DNA of 63,600 bases, filler included, from Octopus bimaculoides (lineage: Eukaryota): assembly GCF_001194135.2 (NCBI RefSeq). It is 5 parts of 5 records of this genome, joined end to end, with 100 filler letters (N's around TTAATTAATTAA, not from the genome) between each part and the next. Parts side by side here need not be neighbours in the genome. Positions count along the whole stretch, not along the records: positions 23,107 to 51,415 come from NC_068998.1; positions 51,516 to 59,997 come from NC_068988.1; positions 60,098 to 62,439 come from NW_026350585.1; 2 more parts are not named here. One strand, given 5' to 3'. The translations under genes were made by a program, and so were the position numbers. Positions within the stretch are counted from its first letter, which is position 1. Every line of letters begins with the position of its first letter. The notes below the pieces were generated by a model that was given only the letters and a program-made list of their open reading frames with translations, did not search any database and had not been told where the DNA came from. Positions 49,277 through 62,154 of the stretch are shown here, piece by piece.

Positions 49277-49388
49277 CATCATCATCATCATCATCATCGT
49301 TTAACGTCCGCTTTCCATGCTAGCATGGGTTGGACGATTTGACTGAGGACTGGTGAAACCGGATGGTAACACCAGGCTCCAGTCTAAT
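49277..49388 (-). mobile_element. RTE LINE 3' end, young copy with CpGs intact
   Basis: (CAT)n CGTTTAACGTCCGCTTTCCATGCTAGCATGGGTTGGACG. Confidence 0.9.
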
Positions 49389-50048
49389 TATATATATATA
49401 TATATATATATATTCACACACACCACACACACATAACAAAAGGGATTAGTGAATTTCAGTAAAGTCTTGCATATTTCTCTTGTTCCATTTACACATTATA
49501 TTCTTGGTACCATTAATAGTGGTATTGTTACGATGGAATTAGAGAATTTCCATGTAGTGTAAAGCATTTTTTACAATCCTACCCAGATGACTCTAAGTGG
49601 GTGAGTAAAAGATGTTTCTTTTATTTATGATATGGAAGGAAATTCAATTAGGCTTGATTACATTGGCATAAACGCTGAAGGAAATGTTCAGAAAGACATG
49701 ACGGAGTATCCTCTATGTCTACACGCCTGTTGTTGATGACAGCATGTATGCATCTAAGAATATATGCATGTATGTGTGTGCATATATATATATATATATG
49801 TGTATGTGTGCATATGTATGTGTATGTATGTATGCATGTGTGTGTATGTGTGTATATGTATGTATGTGTTCATGTATGTATGTGGGTATGCATGTGTGTA
49901 TGTATGAATGGAATGATGTTACATGTATATATGTATGCATGTATGTGTGTACATACGTGGGTATATGTTTGTATGTGTGAATATATGTATAAATATGTAT
50001 ATGCATATAAATGTATATGTATGTGTGTATGTATGATATGTGTATGTA

Positions 50049-50102
<54 letters not shown>

Positions 50103-50645
50103 GTATATGTATATGTATTTATATCTCTCTCTCCCTGTGTGTATATATACTCACACACACATGCACATACACACACACACACACACAATTGTAGGTGCTT
50201 TCTTTAAAATGGATCTCATCCTGCTTTATCCTTCCATTAACCATTTCCAACCCTCTTGACTCCTTACCTATCCTCTTCAACTCATGTTCCCAGTCTGTGC
50301 CATTCTCTTCATTCTCTTCATTCTCTTCAAGAGCTCAGTGCCACGATTTTATACATTTACAACCATTACTCCTCCAGTTATATATATTTTAAAAATTTAT
50401 TTCTTTACTTATTTTGTATGTATATTTTTTATAATTCATTTATTTATTTAGATTTGTATATTTATTCCTTTATGGGAATTTCATTGTTGACATTTTACAT
50501 GCATTCTATTATCTTTAGAAACATCCAACAGTGTGTGAACAATTCTTCCTTTCTTACAAGACTTCCATACCATTTTTATCAAATCTTGTTAATATTCAAA
50601 TGTGGTTTTGTTGTTATTGTTGTTGCTGTTTACCTCTAGTTTAAT

Positions 50646-50725
<80 letters not shown>

Positions 50726-51189
50726 GAGTGAGAGAGCAGTGCATGCCATCAAAGTGATACTGGGGTAAAATATACAAAACCCATCATACCCATCAAGACT
50801 ACCCATCTGATAAGGGTACACCAGACATATGCATCACAAACATATGTGCGTGACATGGTGATCTCATATCGAGATAAACAACACATGACCCTGCAGGTGG
50901 GGCCCAGTTAGAATTATCTTCAGGTCGAGTAGCACATCCCGCTCAAAAGGTCCCTGAATAAGGTTTGTTTAAGGATGTTGAGCAAAACACCCATGTTTCC
51001 AAAGGTGAATTATTCAAACCCCAAAGAATTCCTCTCAACACATGACTATGATGCTCCCCCACTATTTCTGCTCATGATCAGAGATGCACATATCATCAAC
51101 CACTAAATGACTTGCTCAACTGGTTAAGGTTAAACAACTGACAAGCAAATCTGTGGTATTGAGCAGAATATTTGCTGTAGTCCATCTTT
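50726..51189 (-). mobile_element. ~465-bp non-coding interspersed element lying within a (TTA)n/(AAT)n microsatellite
   Basis: Flanked by (TTA)n on both sides (50648-50725 and 51190-51206). A partial second copy at 16174-16248 has the same end. No ORF and no clear tRNA head were seen. Confidence 0.75.
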
Positions 51190-51382
51190 TTATTATTATT
51201 ATTATTGTTCAGTAGTTTTACTTTTATAACGTGCTTTCACTTCACTACCGAGCGCAGCTCTGTGTGCCTTGGGTATGTGCTGTGGTTTGCTGTGGTGCTC
51301 TTATGGTTACTGTATTGAAAGTGTTTTGCGTAGGATGTGTGCAGTGCCCAGTAGTGCAATTTTCTGTATGTTTATTATTATC

Positions 51383-51415
<33 letters not shown>

Positions 51416-51515
51416 NNNNNNNNNNNNNNNNNNNNNNNNNNNNNNNNNNNNNNNNNNNNTTAATTAATTAANNNNNNNNNNNNNNNNNNNNNNNNNNNNN
51501 NNNNNNNNNNNNNNN
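51416..51515. other. Artificial scaffold-join gap (44 N + TTAATTAATTAA + 44 N)
   Basis: Same construction as 23007-23106. Confidence 0.92.
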
Positions 51516-53441
51516 TATATATATATGTATATGATTTACTTTTCCGTTAAAGATCAACAAAAAATACTCCATTCAAGGAGAGACAACTATTAATTTATGT
51601 GCACAGTTTATAGTTATGAGTCACTAATAGCTTCATACACAGAGGCTATTACTACGGCATATTTTAAAACACGCCTTTTATCTCCAAGAAATCTTTAAAC
51701 TTTGAGCACAGGCGTTTCGAAACAGGCAGCACTTCCGAGTATGATATCTATTTTGTGAAAAAAGAGATTAAGATGCTTTCGCCATTTTTTCAAATAGCTA
51801 TACTGCCAGTTGTCTTCAGGGCACCAGACACAAAGGACGAACAATGTTGAGGTTTCCTTGTAAAATACCCTAACTAAACGTTGCATCGATGCAATGGTTT
51901 TCTTACCTTTTCCAATATATTCCAAGCATATTTGAATTCGTCACAATTTTTGATTTATATACATCACTGCTTCACGTTGTCATCCAATATACGTATACAA
52001 TATGTTAATATATAACGTATTTACCATTGTAAGGTCATCTATATGTGCAGGCATACAGACAGATCATAATCAGGAAGAGATTTGTTTTGATGAATACATA
52101 GCTGTTAATCCACTAGCATCCACCTCATTGTTCAAATACAAACAAGGAACAAGAATTTAGAAAGTCATTATATTAAATGAATTTACAATTGTTTCATTGT
52201 AATTTAGATTTCATAAATATTCTTTTTATAATGTAGTAGGATATGCAACAATATATTTGAATAATCTCCAACTGAGTTCTTGATAATTTAGTTTTGATTC
52301 TCAAATTATCAATGTGTAACCATATTGACCTAGACGTGTTTAAGAATGAAGAATTAAATAACAGTGTTGCGAAAAACGAAACAATTTAAAGCTCCTGTTA
52401 CAAGTGCACATCTCTCCAGTGTTTTTTATTCTCTGAGAGACCTACGTATTGTCTGATTATCTGAGCAGCTTAAGTATATCTGGGATGGCCATTATGAATA
52501 ACGATGGCCCTAAGACAGTGTCCTCTGTACCCATTCACTATTTGTGTTTCCTTAGAGTTGGTTCCATTGGCTAACCCTGCTTGACTTCTATTTCGTGAAA
52601 TGTTGTGTAGACTCTCTCTATATACAGTTACACAGACATACAGACAAACACAGCAAATACTTTCCTGTTTCTTTCTTCTCATTGCACGCGTGTTGCATCC
52701 CTGTTAGGTAATTCGTATTTATAATTATTCGGTGAGCATTTATAGTGAATAACCCTCCTTCCTTTGGACTAGTTGAGGCATACAAGATTAAGTTATCATC
52801 GAATTCCCACATATCGAATCCACATCTTGTATTGAATACTGTAAATACAGCATAACCGAGTGAAATTAATTCCGTTCGTTTCTGTGCGTCTCTTTGCCTC
52901 AGTCACTTTGTGTCTAATACCCGTATCGGAAGGCAATGGGTTCGGTGATCAGAGGAGTGATATTGTTTTAACAATACCGCCTGGTGACTTCAGTTGTTAT
53001 AAGAAACAAATTTGTTGCTCATGGAAGCGGAACTTAAGATAATAAAATATACACTTTATATGATATATCAGAGAATCATACTACACAGTCATGAATTGTA
53101 TTTAACAACGTAATCTTGTGTATTTTATTGTTATCTTTTACTATTTGCTCATCAATTACACCGAATACTTTTTTGGTGTGGAGATTTTTTTCACACACAA
53201 AGCGAACACACTAACAGGTGCACACTCAAACACATTCCAACAGAGACTCACACGGGTAGAAAAACATACAAAAGCGATCTGAATATGTTTTTCTTAACGT
53301 GGATATACTGACAGAAAGCCACAATACTGCGGTATTCGCCTTGAGAAATCCTCTCGTCTAGACGAATAGATATGAAAAGTGCCAAATAAAGCGATTAGCA
53401 GAGCAAACATTTCCGTCAACTTCGTTGAACATATCTACATG

Positions 53442-53475
<34 letters not shown>

Positions 53476-53761
53476 NNNNNNNNNNNNNNNNNNNNNNNNN
53501 NNNNNNNNNNNNNNNNNNNNNNNNNNNNNNNNNNNNNNNNNNNNNNNNNNNNNNNNNNNNNNNNNNNNNNNNNNNNNNNNNNNNNNNNNNNNNNNNNNNN
53601 NNNNNNNNNNNNNNNNNNNNNNNNNNNNNNNNNNNNNNNNNNNNNNNNNNNNNNNNNNNNNNNNNNNNNNNNNNNNNNNNNNNNNNNNNNNNNNNNNNNN
53701 NNNNNNNNNNNNNNNNNNNNNNNNNNNNNNNNNNNNNNNNNNNNNNNNNNNNNNNNNNNNN

Positions 53762-53795
<34 letters not shown>

Positions 53796-53944
53796 GATAG
53801 ATAGATAGATTGATAAAAGTATGTGTGTGTTTGCGTTTGTATACGGGGGGTGAGTATTGCTATAATATACATATATTTATGTATATGTATGTGTGTGTGA
53901 GTTTTTGTGTGCATGTGTGTGTTTATTACATAGCAAATACTGGT

Positions 53945-54152
53945 TTCAAATTTTAGCACAAGACCTGGACTTACGAGGGAAGGTGTAAGTTGATTACATC
54001 GAACCCAGTGCTCAAATTGATCTTCTTTCATCGACCCCGAGAGGACGAACGGCAAAGCCGACCTCGTTGCAATTGGAATACCGAACGTAAAGACGGAAGA
54101 ATACAGTTACACATTTTGCCCAGCGCGGAAAGGATTTTGCCAGTTCATCGCC
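53945..54152 (-). mobile_element. SINE family M, decayed near-full-length copy
   Basis: AGCACAAGACC..ATCGACCCCGAGAGGACGAACGGCAAAGCCGACCTCG..TTTTGCCAGTTCATCGCC. Confidence 0.75.
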
Positions 54153-54551
54153 TTCCTACATAAAATATACTAGATATTTGAAATATGTACGAGGACCATT
54201 AGGGCCAGAAAGATTTGTAGCGAATCAAAAGTTATTTGTAATTCCCAATATGTTGCATTTCGAAAATACTATTTCATTAAATCATGGTATTTTACTGCTT
54301 GTAATATATATTCGAAACGTAAAATATCCATACGGATGTCATATTTGCAAATTGATTCAGGCTTAAGTAATAACTAATACTAAAGAGATTGCCATTGGTA
54401 ACACCGTTTCAATAAACAGCGTGTGTGTAGATATACTACATACATATCATATACCTGAGCTGAGAGTATTTCCTAGAAAACCCGACATTCACACACACAT
54501 ACACACACATATATACATGTATATATCGATAGATGAATAAATAGGTATATA

Positions 54552-54586
<35 letters not shown>

Positions 54587-54943
54587 NNNNNNNNNNNNNN
54601 NNNNNNNNNNNNNNNNNNNNNNNNNNNNNNNNNNNNNNNNNNNNNNNNNNNNNNNNNNNNNNNNNNNNNNNNNNNNNNNNNNNNNNNNNNNNNNNNNNNN
54701 NNNNNNNNNNNNNNNNNNNNNNNNNNNNNNNNNNNNNNNNNNNNNNNNNNNNNNNNNNNNNNNNNNNNNNNNNNNNNNNNNNNNNNNNNNNNNNNNNNNN
54801 NNNNNNNNNNNNNNNNNNNNNNNNNNNNNNNNNNNNNNNNNNNNNNNNNNNNNNNNNNNNNNNNNNNNNNNNNNNNNNNNTATTTATATATATATTTATA
54901 TATGGGGGTATACGTATAGATATCCTTACAGTATATACGCATA

Positions 54944-54987
<44 letters not shown>

Positions 54988-56240
54988 TGTGCAGTGATAA
55001 AATATATATGTATGTTTACATATTTATGCGTAAATAGGTCTGTATGCATAAACGTATATTTGATGCACGTGAAATGTGTTGCGGCTAATGTTTTGTACAT
55101 AAAATGTAAATTTGTACGCCATAGGAAGATTATATGACCAAATATATTATAAGTCTCTTGTTTGTGACAAACCAAATACCTATGTAGTAATTGTCAGTCG
55201 TTACTCTTCAAAGAATACTTCTTATCGGAAAATATATACGCAATAAAAACAAAAGAGAAACACAATTGAAAATAACGAATTATACAAATTGTGGTCCATT
55301 AGTGAAATTACGAAAGCGTAAAGGGAACTTTACGAGGGCCAATGAGAAAAAAGAATGTATACCCGTGTGTGCGTTTGTGTGCTTCTATATGTAGGAATAT
55401 AAATATAGTCGTTGTATTTGAGTAAAATATTAGTGTTCCATAACAATTCAGAGAAAATCAGATACAATTATATGTAAAGTGAAACATTACCATACAAATA
55501 CGCACTAGTGCAAACCCATACATTTACTTATATACACACATATAAACATTTCGTGTTTGAGTTTGTATTTATGTATGGAAATATCAAAGGAGTTTTAAAT
55601 GCTTTTCAATCGATGAAAAATATATATATATATACATACACACATTTTGTTTTTTGCGTCTGAGATTTTTAGAAAAATACAATAGGTTTTATATTTATTT
55701 TCTCTTCAATCATTTATTGGTCATCACGTTTATAGTTGTATTTTCGTCATTCTATTTTCTTTCATCCTATTATTTTATTTCGTTATTGTTTGAAAGTGTT
55801 TGCTAAGAATAACAAAAAAGAAAAAAAATTAGCATTTTAGCCAATGTCCCTTTAATGTTATTAAATATATAAGTCAATTTGTAGTTTCAACGAAATAAAA
55901 AAACAACAGTCCAAACACAATTTAAGTATAGATCAACAACAGTGAATTACTTATGTTATCGTTTGTTTCTTTTTTAATACATACAATTTAATCGATGCCT
56001 CCATCGGCGAGGTACGAAGAAATACTTTCATATTTGATAATATGAAAATGGATACAACTGTTTATGGGTGTAAAGGACTAGAGTGACTGTACATCAGTGC
56101 AATTGTTTTAGTCTCTGAACTCAATCTCAGATTAAATTTGTTTTCAACGTAATCTTACAAGATGGGTTTTCAAATTTGAGCCGCATGAATATCAATAATA
56201 ATAATAATAATATTAATAATAATAATAATGATAATAATCG

Positions 56241-56425
56241 TTTCTACTATAGGCACAAAGCTCGACATTTTGGGAAAGGGGACTAGTCGATTACATTTTT
56301 CTCTCGACCCACAAAGCATGAACGGCAAAGTTGACCTGGGTGAAATTTGAACTGAGAACGTAGCAAAAGACAAAATACTGCTAAGCATTTCGCCTGGCGT
56401 GCTAATGTTTCTGCCAGCTTACCGC
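56241..56425 (-). mobile_element. SINE family M between two (AAT)n tracts
   Basis: TTTCTACTATAGGCACAAAG..GGCAAAGTTGACC..AATTTGAACTGAGAACG..CTGCCAGCTTACCGC. Confidence 0.85.
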
Positions 56426-56429
56426 TTTC

Positions 56430-56502
<73 letters not shown>

Positions 56503-56509
56503 TAATAAC

Positions 56510-56586
<77 letters not shown>

Positions 56587-56613
56587 CAATAATAATGATA
56601 ATAATAATGATAA
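56430..56613. repeat. (AAT)n microsatellite directly 5' of the R4/Dong fragment
   Basis: Directly visible. Confidence 0.95.
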
Positions 56614-57002
56614 TACGACCACAAACCTGTAGGCATCGTCGAAAATAAAAATGCAAAGATCCTATGGGATTTTATGATTCAGTGCGACTATGAGATAGAG
56701 AATAAGAAGCCGGACATAGTCTTAATTGGGAAAGAAAAAAAACTATGCTGGTTCATATGCATAGCATGCGCAGCTGACAACAAGGTATGCGATAAGGAAG
56801 AAAGAAAAGTTGAGAGATATGACAGGTTAGCTTGGAAAGTTAAGCAGCTGTGGTCGATGAAAAAGGTAGCAGAAGTACCAGTAATTGTTGGAGCCCTAGG
56901 AACAGTGAGCAAAAATCTCAAGAAGTACGTGGAACAAATAGGGGCTGCAATAAGGGCGGAGCAGTTGCAGAAAAGTGTAGTAGTAAACTGAACGAATAAT
57001 CG
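56614..57002 (+). mobile_element. R4/Dong-like non-LTR retrotransposon, restriction-like endonuclease domain (5'-truncated)
   Basis: A 125-codon open frame, YDHKPVGIVENKNAKILWDFMIQCDYEIENKKPDIVLIGKEKK...DNKVCDKEERKVERY...VPVIVGALGTVSK, matches the R4-clade WY.H.P..ILWDF..RPDI..K..KY..VPVVVGALG pattern. Confidence 0.88.
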
Positions 57003-59997
57003 AGAGAATGGGGAAGAAAATTATTGTGAATTTGTCCAGCTTCATTTTCGAGCAACAGATATTTCTTTGGAAAAATTTCAGTATATCTTACTAGATACGA
57101 ATATTAGACGTTACACTGGTTGCCCATCACCCCTCTTTACAAAAACGGTTTTCTTGTTACAAAAGTAAAGTTTTCAATTATTTTAACTTTCTTAGGACTT
57201 CTGAGCGCCAATTGTATCCTTGATACTATGTGGGTTCACAAGATTCACATAGGGAGCGGATGGCACAGATTTTAGAACATTATATAAGAATATATTCTTT
57301 ACTTATATGGAGTTTGTAGAAAATGTTCATTCTTGTTAGAAAAATTAATTATAATAACTCAATATAGTAATTCAAAGAACTTACAAATAATAAAAACCAG
57401 CAATTGGCGTAAATACGAATTGACAATTTTGAAGAGTTAAGTTATTCAGCAATGTATAACAAGATTTAAATGGCAAAATTAAGAGCAATGTTTCCTGCAA
57501 CGGTTTCAATAATAGGTGCTTTTATATGCCATTCATAACCAGATGCCATTTACTTACCAGGCATGAAACCAATGAAAAAATAAAGGAAACTAAAATAAAA
57601 TAGAAACATGGATGATGTATTTGCCTTTCAGTTTAATCGGAAACAAATCAATGACTGTAATATACGTCTCTGAGATTAGAGCCGTCCCTGAATTCATTCC
57701 AAAATGATTAGAGAGAAACGCATTTGCCTACAATGTTCATCTTTAATATATTTCAATAAAAATTAGCCATATTCAAATTTAATCATTCCCTGACTTATCA
57801 GAATTAAAGAAGAATATTTTTCTGAATTTTGTTACATAGTTTTAGTACGTTTCCAAGCAGATTAATGTAGGTCATTCATGATGGTATCAAATAAGACACC
57901 GTTGATATAATATAACCAAGCAAAGTTACTTAAAGAATAATGCAAGACATTACACACACACACACACGCACACACACATACATACACATACACACACACA
58001 TATATATATGTATTTATATGAAAATGAATGATGTTTCTACACGTTAACAATAGAGACAGCAGACATCGCGTGCTGATAATTGAACTGTAACAGCTCCATA
58101 TTCCTAGATTCTTGAGTAGCCAAAGCTTCGTATAACGCAAAGAAGAAAGAAGAGATCGAATACAATACAGTAAAAAGCATTATCAGAATACCTTCAGTGG
58201 ATTCGTCATGACGTGTGTCACGTTCATTTTTCCTCTGTTCAATTCAACAAAATTCACTTGAAGAGCACTATTATAAGCGATCAATATTTTGGTAGCATTA
58301 TTCAGCTTTCTATTTTATCCTTCGAATATATTCTATAATGTTTCGAAATGTTCTTATAACTTTTGTTTCTTCTTTTATTTCACGGGTCATATGTTGATTT
58401 GCTTTATTTATTTATAAGATATTTTTTTCATATGTGAACTTTTACTTTTTATAGACTGAAATTGTGAAAATTTTGCAAGCACTTAACCCTCGATAATGCA
58501 AACAAGAGTTGAACAGAAAGAATAAGTCAATATAAAATGCATTCAGATAATTAAGTAAACAAATATTTTTACGAACATAAGTAAAAGAAAAAAATTCTAT
58601 TTGTATATAGAAAAATATACACACACGCACACAAAACACGCGCACACACATAGATACATATATATATATATATATATGCATACCTACACATGTACACATT
58701 TATCTATACATACACATACACGCACACATATATTATTATATATATATATATAATATATATATAATTATATATATATANNNNNNNNNNNNNNNNNNNNNNN
58801 NNNNNNNNNNNNNNNNNNNNNNNNNNNNNNNNNNNNNNNNNNNNNNNNNNNNNNNNNNNNNNNNNNNNNNNNNNNNNNNNNNNNNNNNNNNNNNNNNNNN
58901 NNNNNNNNNNNNNNNNNNNNNNNNNNNNNNNNNNNNNNNNNNNNNNNNNNNNNNNNNNNNNTATATATATATATATATATATATATGCGCGCGCGCGTGT
59001 GTTTGCGTGTATGGGTACAAAGCAGGGTCAAAAGTTCGTATTAATAATTGGTTAGTGATGTTAAGAGACTAACAAGAGGTTTTCAATTTTCGTGTATGCA
59101 ATTGATATGTCCATATGCATTCCTATGTTGCTTCTCTACCTGTATCAATACAGGTTCGCTGGATATACTAATATGTATACATACATACACACTCATACAC
59201 ACACACGTACACACATACATATATATATATATATAGGAAGTAATCGTGAGTAAATACATTAACATGAATATATCTCCGTATATATATGTGCATATTGATT
59301 TAAGTAAGAGTTAATCTATTTGAAAAATTCTATTTTATTCATGCGATTCATGTTAAAGTGTGTTTAGGCATATGTGATTTTCGTTGTACGTATCTTCTAT
59401 ATATCGATGTGTTATTTTTAAATATATTTTAAAATGTATTTTTAAATATACAACACAAAAATCATTAAGAAATCTCATTACTTTTCAAGGCGTGCGTGTT
59501 TTGCTGCACGTTTACATGCATATATGGGTGTATAAACATATATACAGCCACCAAAATTAATGATCATGAGGCAATCTAAATTGCTTTACTCGAGTTGTCA
59601 ACAAAGAATTAAATTTGACAGGCTTTCGATTTCTTGATAATTTACATTACAATACATTTATCACTGTGCGTGTGTTGTGTGTTCTACACACTCCTTAATA
59701 TGTAAATAACAAATGTCTTTGTGGATATGAGATTTTTGTTATCGTAATTCAAAATTCCTTTCACAATGGAAAATAGTGTGTCCAACAAAATGAAGTTTTA
59801 TTCAATAACATTTGACAGCTTAATCACTAGCTCCATTATTTCAATATTCCGTACTTTGTTTATGTCACCAACTTGATTATACTTATAGTATGTGTATACT
59901 TGTATATAACAACTCACATCTCTCTCTATCTCTCCCCCCTCTCTCTCTCACTCTCTATCTCTCGCTATTTCTTTATACATACATATATATATATATA

Positions 59998-60097
59998 NNN
60001 NNNNNNNNNNNNNNNNNNNNNNNNNNNNNNNNNNNNNNNNNTTAATTAATTAANNNNNNNNNNNNNNNNNNNNNNNNNNNNNNNNNNNNNNNNNNNN
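59998..60097. other. Artificial scaffold-join gap (44 N + TTAATTAATTAA + 44 N)
   Basis: Same construction as 23007-23106. Confidence 0.92.
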
Positions 60098-60133
60098 TAT
60101 ATCAAGTGAAGTAGTAGAGGAATATTAGATAGC

Positions 60134-60864
60134 TATCTAGGGTCTACCATTTCCTCTACTACTTCACTTGGTGATGAGATTAATGTCATGATAGGGAAGA
60201 TGGCAGCAACAGCTTTTGGAAGGCTGACAAAACGAGTATGGAAGAAGAAGAGATTAGACATCAAGACAAAGATCAGGATTCATGAAGCATGTGTTCTCAG
60301 CACACTCCTCTATGGATCTGAAACATGGACCTTGTACAGCAGACAGGAAAGGTGCCTCGGCATTTTCCATCTCAGATGCCTCCACAAGATCTTAGGCCTA
60401 TCATGGCGCGACAAGGTCACCAATGTTGAAGTGCTGGCGCAGGCGAATCTTCAAAGCATGACAGCTATCTTGTATATGAGAAAACTGAGGTGGCTGGGAC
60501 ATGTCAGGAGAATGGATGATCATCGAATCCCAAAGTAACTGCTCTATGGAGAACTGGCCCAGGGCAAGAGACCAAGAGGAAGACCAAAACTGAGGTATAA
60601 GGACACTTGCAAAACTAGTTTGTCCAAGTGTGAGGTGGATGTCGGCAGCTGGGAAGAGAGGGCTGAGGACAGAACAACATGGAGGACTGTGGTGAAGGAA
60701 GGAACTGCTTCGCTAGAGAGAACAGCTACAGAAACAAACAAGTTAAGAAGCGTCAGCGGCGAAAGGAAAACAACAGAAATGCAGAGCGCCGAGCCACCCT
60801 CTTGGGATGCAAGTAGTGTGACAGAAGCTGCACCTCAATCATTGGAAAAATCAGCCATGAAAGA
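60134..60864 (+). mobile_element. RTE/BovB-like LINE ORF2 C-terminal fragment
   Basis: YLGSTISSTTSLGDEI..AATAFGRLTKRVW..TLLYGSETWTLY..FHLRCL..LRWLGHVRRM..RIPK*LLYGELAQGKRPRGRPKLRYKD..AEDRTTWR. After one frameshift it continues KRQRRK..GCK*CDRSCTSIIGKISHE, a C2H2-like tail. Two stops and one frameshift in total. Confidence 0.92.
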
Positions 60865-62154
60865 NNNNNNNNNNNNNNNNNNNNNNNNNNNNNNNNNNNN
60901 NNNNNNNNNNNNNNNNNNNNNNNNNNNNNNNNNNNNNNNNNNNNNNNNNNNNNNNNNNNNNNNNNNNNNNNNNNNNNNNNNNNNNNNNNNNNNNNNNNNN
61001 NNNNNNNNNNNNNNNNNNNNNNNNNNNNNNNNNNNNNNNNNNNNNNNNNNNNNNNNNNNNNNNNNNNNNNNNNNNNNNNNNNNNNNNNNNNNNNNNNNNN
61101 NNNNNNNNNNNNNNNNNNNNNNNNNNNNNNNNNNNNNNNNNNNNNNNNNNNNNNNNNNNNNNNNNNNNNNNNNNNNNNNNNNNNNNNNNNNNNNNNNNNN
61201 NNNNNNNNNNNNNNNNNNNNNNNNNNNNNNNNNNNNNNNNNNNNNNNNNNNNNNNNNNNNNNNNNNNNNNNNNNNNNNNNNNNNNNNNNNNNNNNNNNNN
61301 NNNNNNNNNNNNNNNNNNNNNNNNNNNNNNNNNNNNNNNNNNNNNNNNNNNNNNNNNNNNNNNNNNNNNNNNNNNNNNNNNNNNNGAACGGGAACGTGAA
61401 ACTCAGAGTAACAGTTTTTTGTTATATTTCTGCTGCTTTTAAATAAAGTATATATATATATATATATATATATAGTTCAAAAGCGTCTTGACCTTATATA
61501 GTCTTGTACAACCTGTTATATTGTTGTAGAGCTAGGTCGTCGGTGACTAAAACGGCTCCTAATCAGCTTTGCCTGGTAGGAAGAGCTACTAGAAACCCAG
61601 CAGAACAAAACACGACTTACCAAAATAACGGATGAAGCTAAAGGAGAGTAAAAAAAACTATTTAAAACTTGTATGGGGACTTAAGAATTATTTTAGTTTC
61701 CAGCATGTTGTAAGATCAAATGGAGTGGGGTCCCTTTGCTGTGGTTATAGGATGTTTCTAGGAGAGGGTATTGTTGGTAGTTTAAATAGGCGAATGGTCT
61801 GGGTTTGGCAGCCATGAAAGGCAGCCAGAATGAGAGAAGGACTCGTCGCTACCAGTGAGTTCCTGGGAAGAGGCGGAGGCTATGGGCAGTCAACTCACGA
61901 GAGTAAGTCAGGTCGGAAGAACGCATGGGGCTCACAAATCCTATTCGTCCCGAAGAGAGATTGAACACGCAACAAATGAATATGAAGAATGGTGGCTGTG
62001 TCTGTGGCCTCCCCCCGACCCTAGCGGTGAGTTTGGAAATAATCAGTTATTGATTCATTCACATATGTATGTGTGTATATGTGTTTGTATGCGTGAGTAT
62101 AATTTATATATATTGCATATATATGTGTGTGTGGGTAAATATATACACAGTTAT

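Noticed and set aside
52860-53042. 60-aa ORF resembling a signal peptide plus Cys-rich peptide
   Set aside because: It has no ATG start (GTG), no recognisable family and no supporting splice structure.
57552-57560. Consensus minus-strand donor CTG|GTAAGT (also GGG|GTAAGT near 15190) as a GPCR 5' UTR exon end
   Set aside because: GTAAGT is expected many times by chance, and none can be chosen without transcript data. The site also lies beyond two uncertain scaffold joins.
61520-62035. GC-richer, non-simple sequence that could be a LINE 5' UTR or an LTR
   Set aside because: There is no second copy, ORF motif or terminal feature in the window to support a call.
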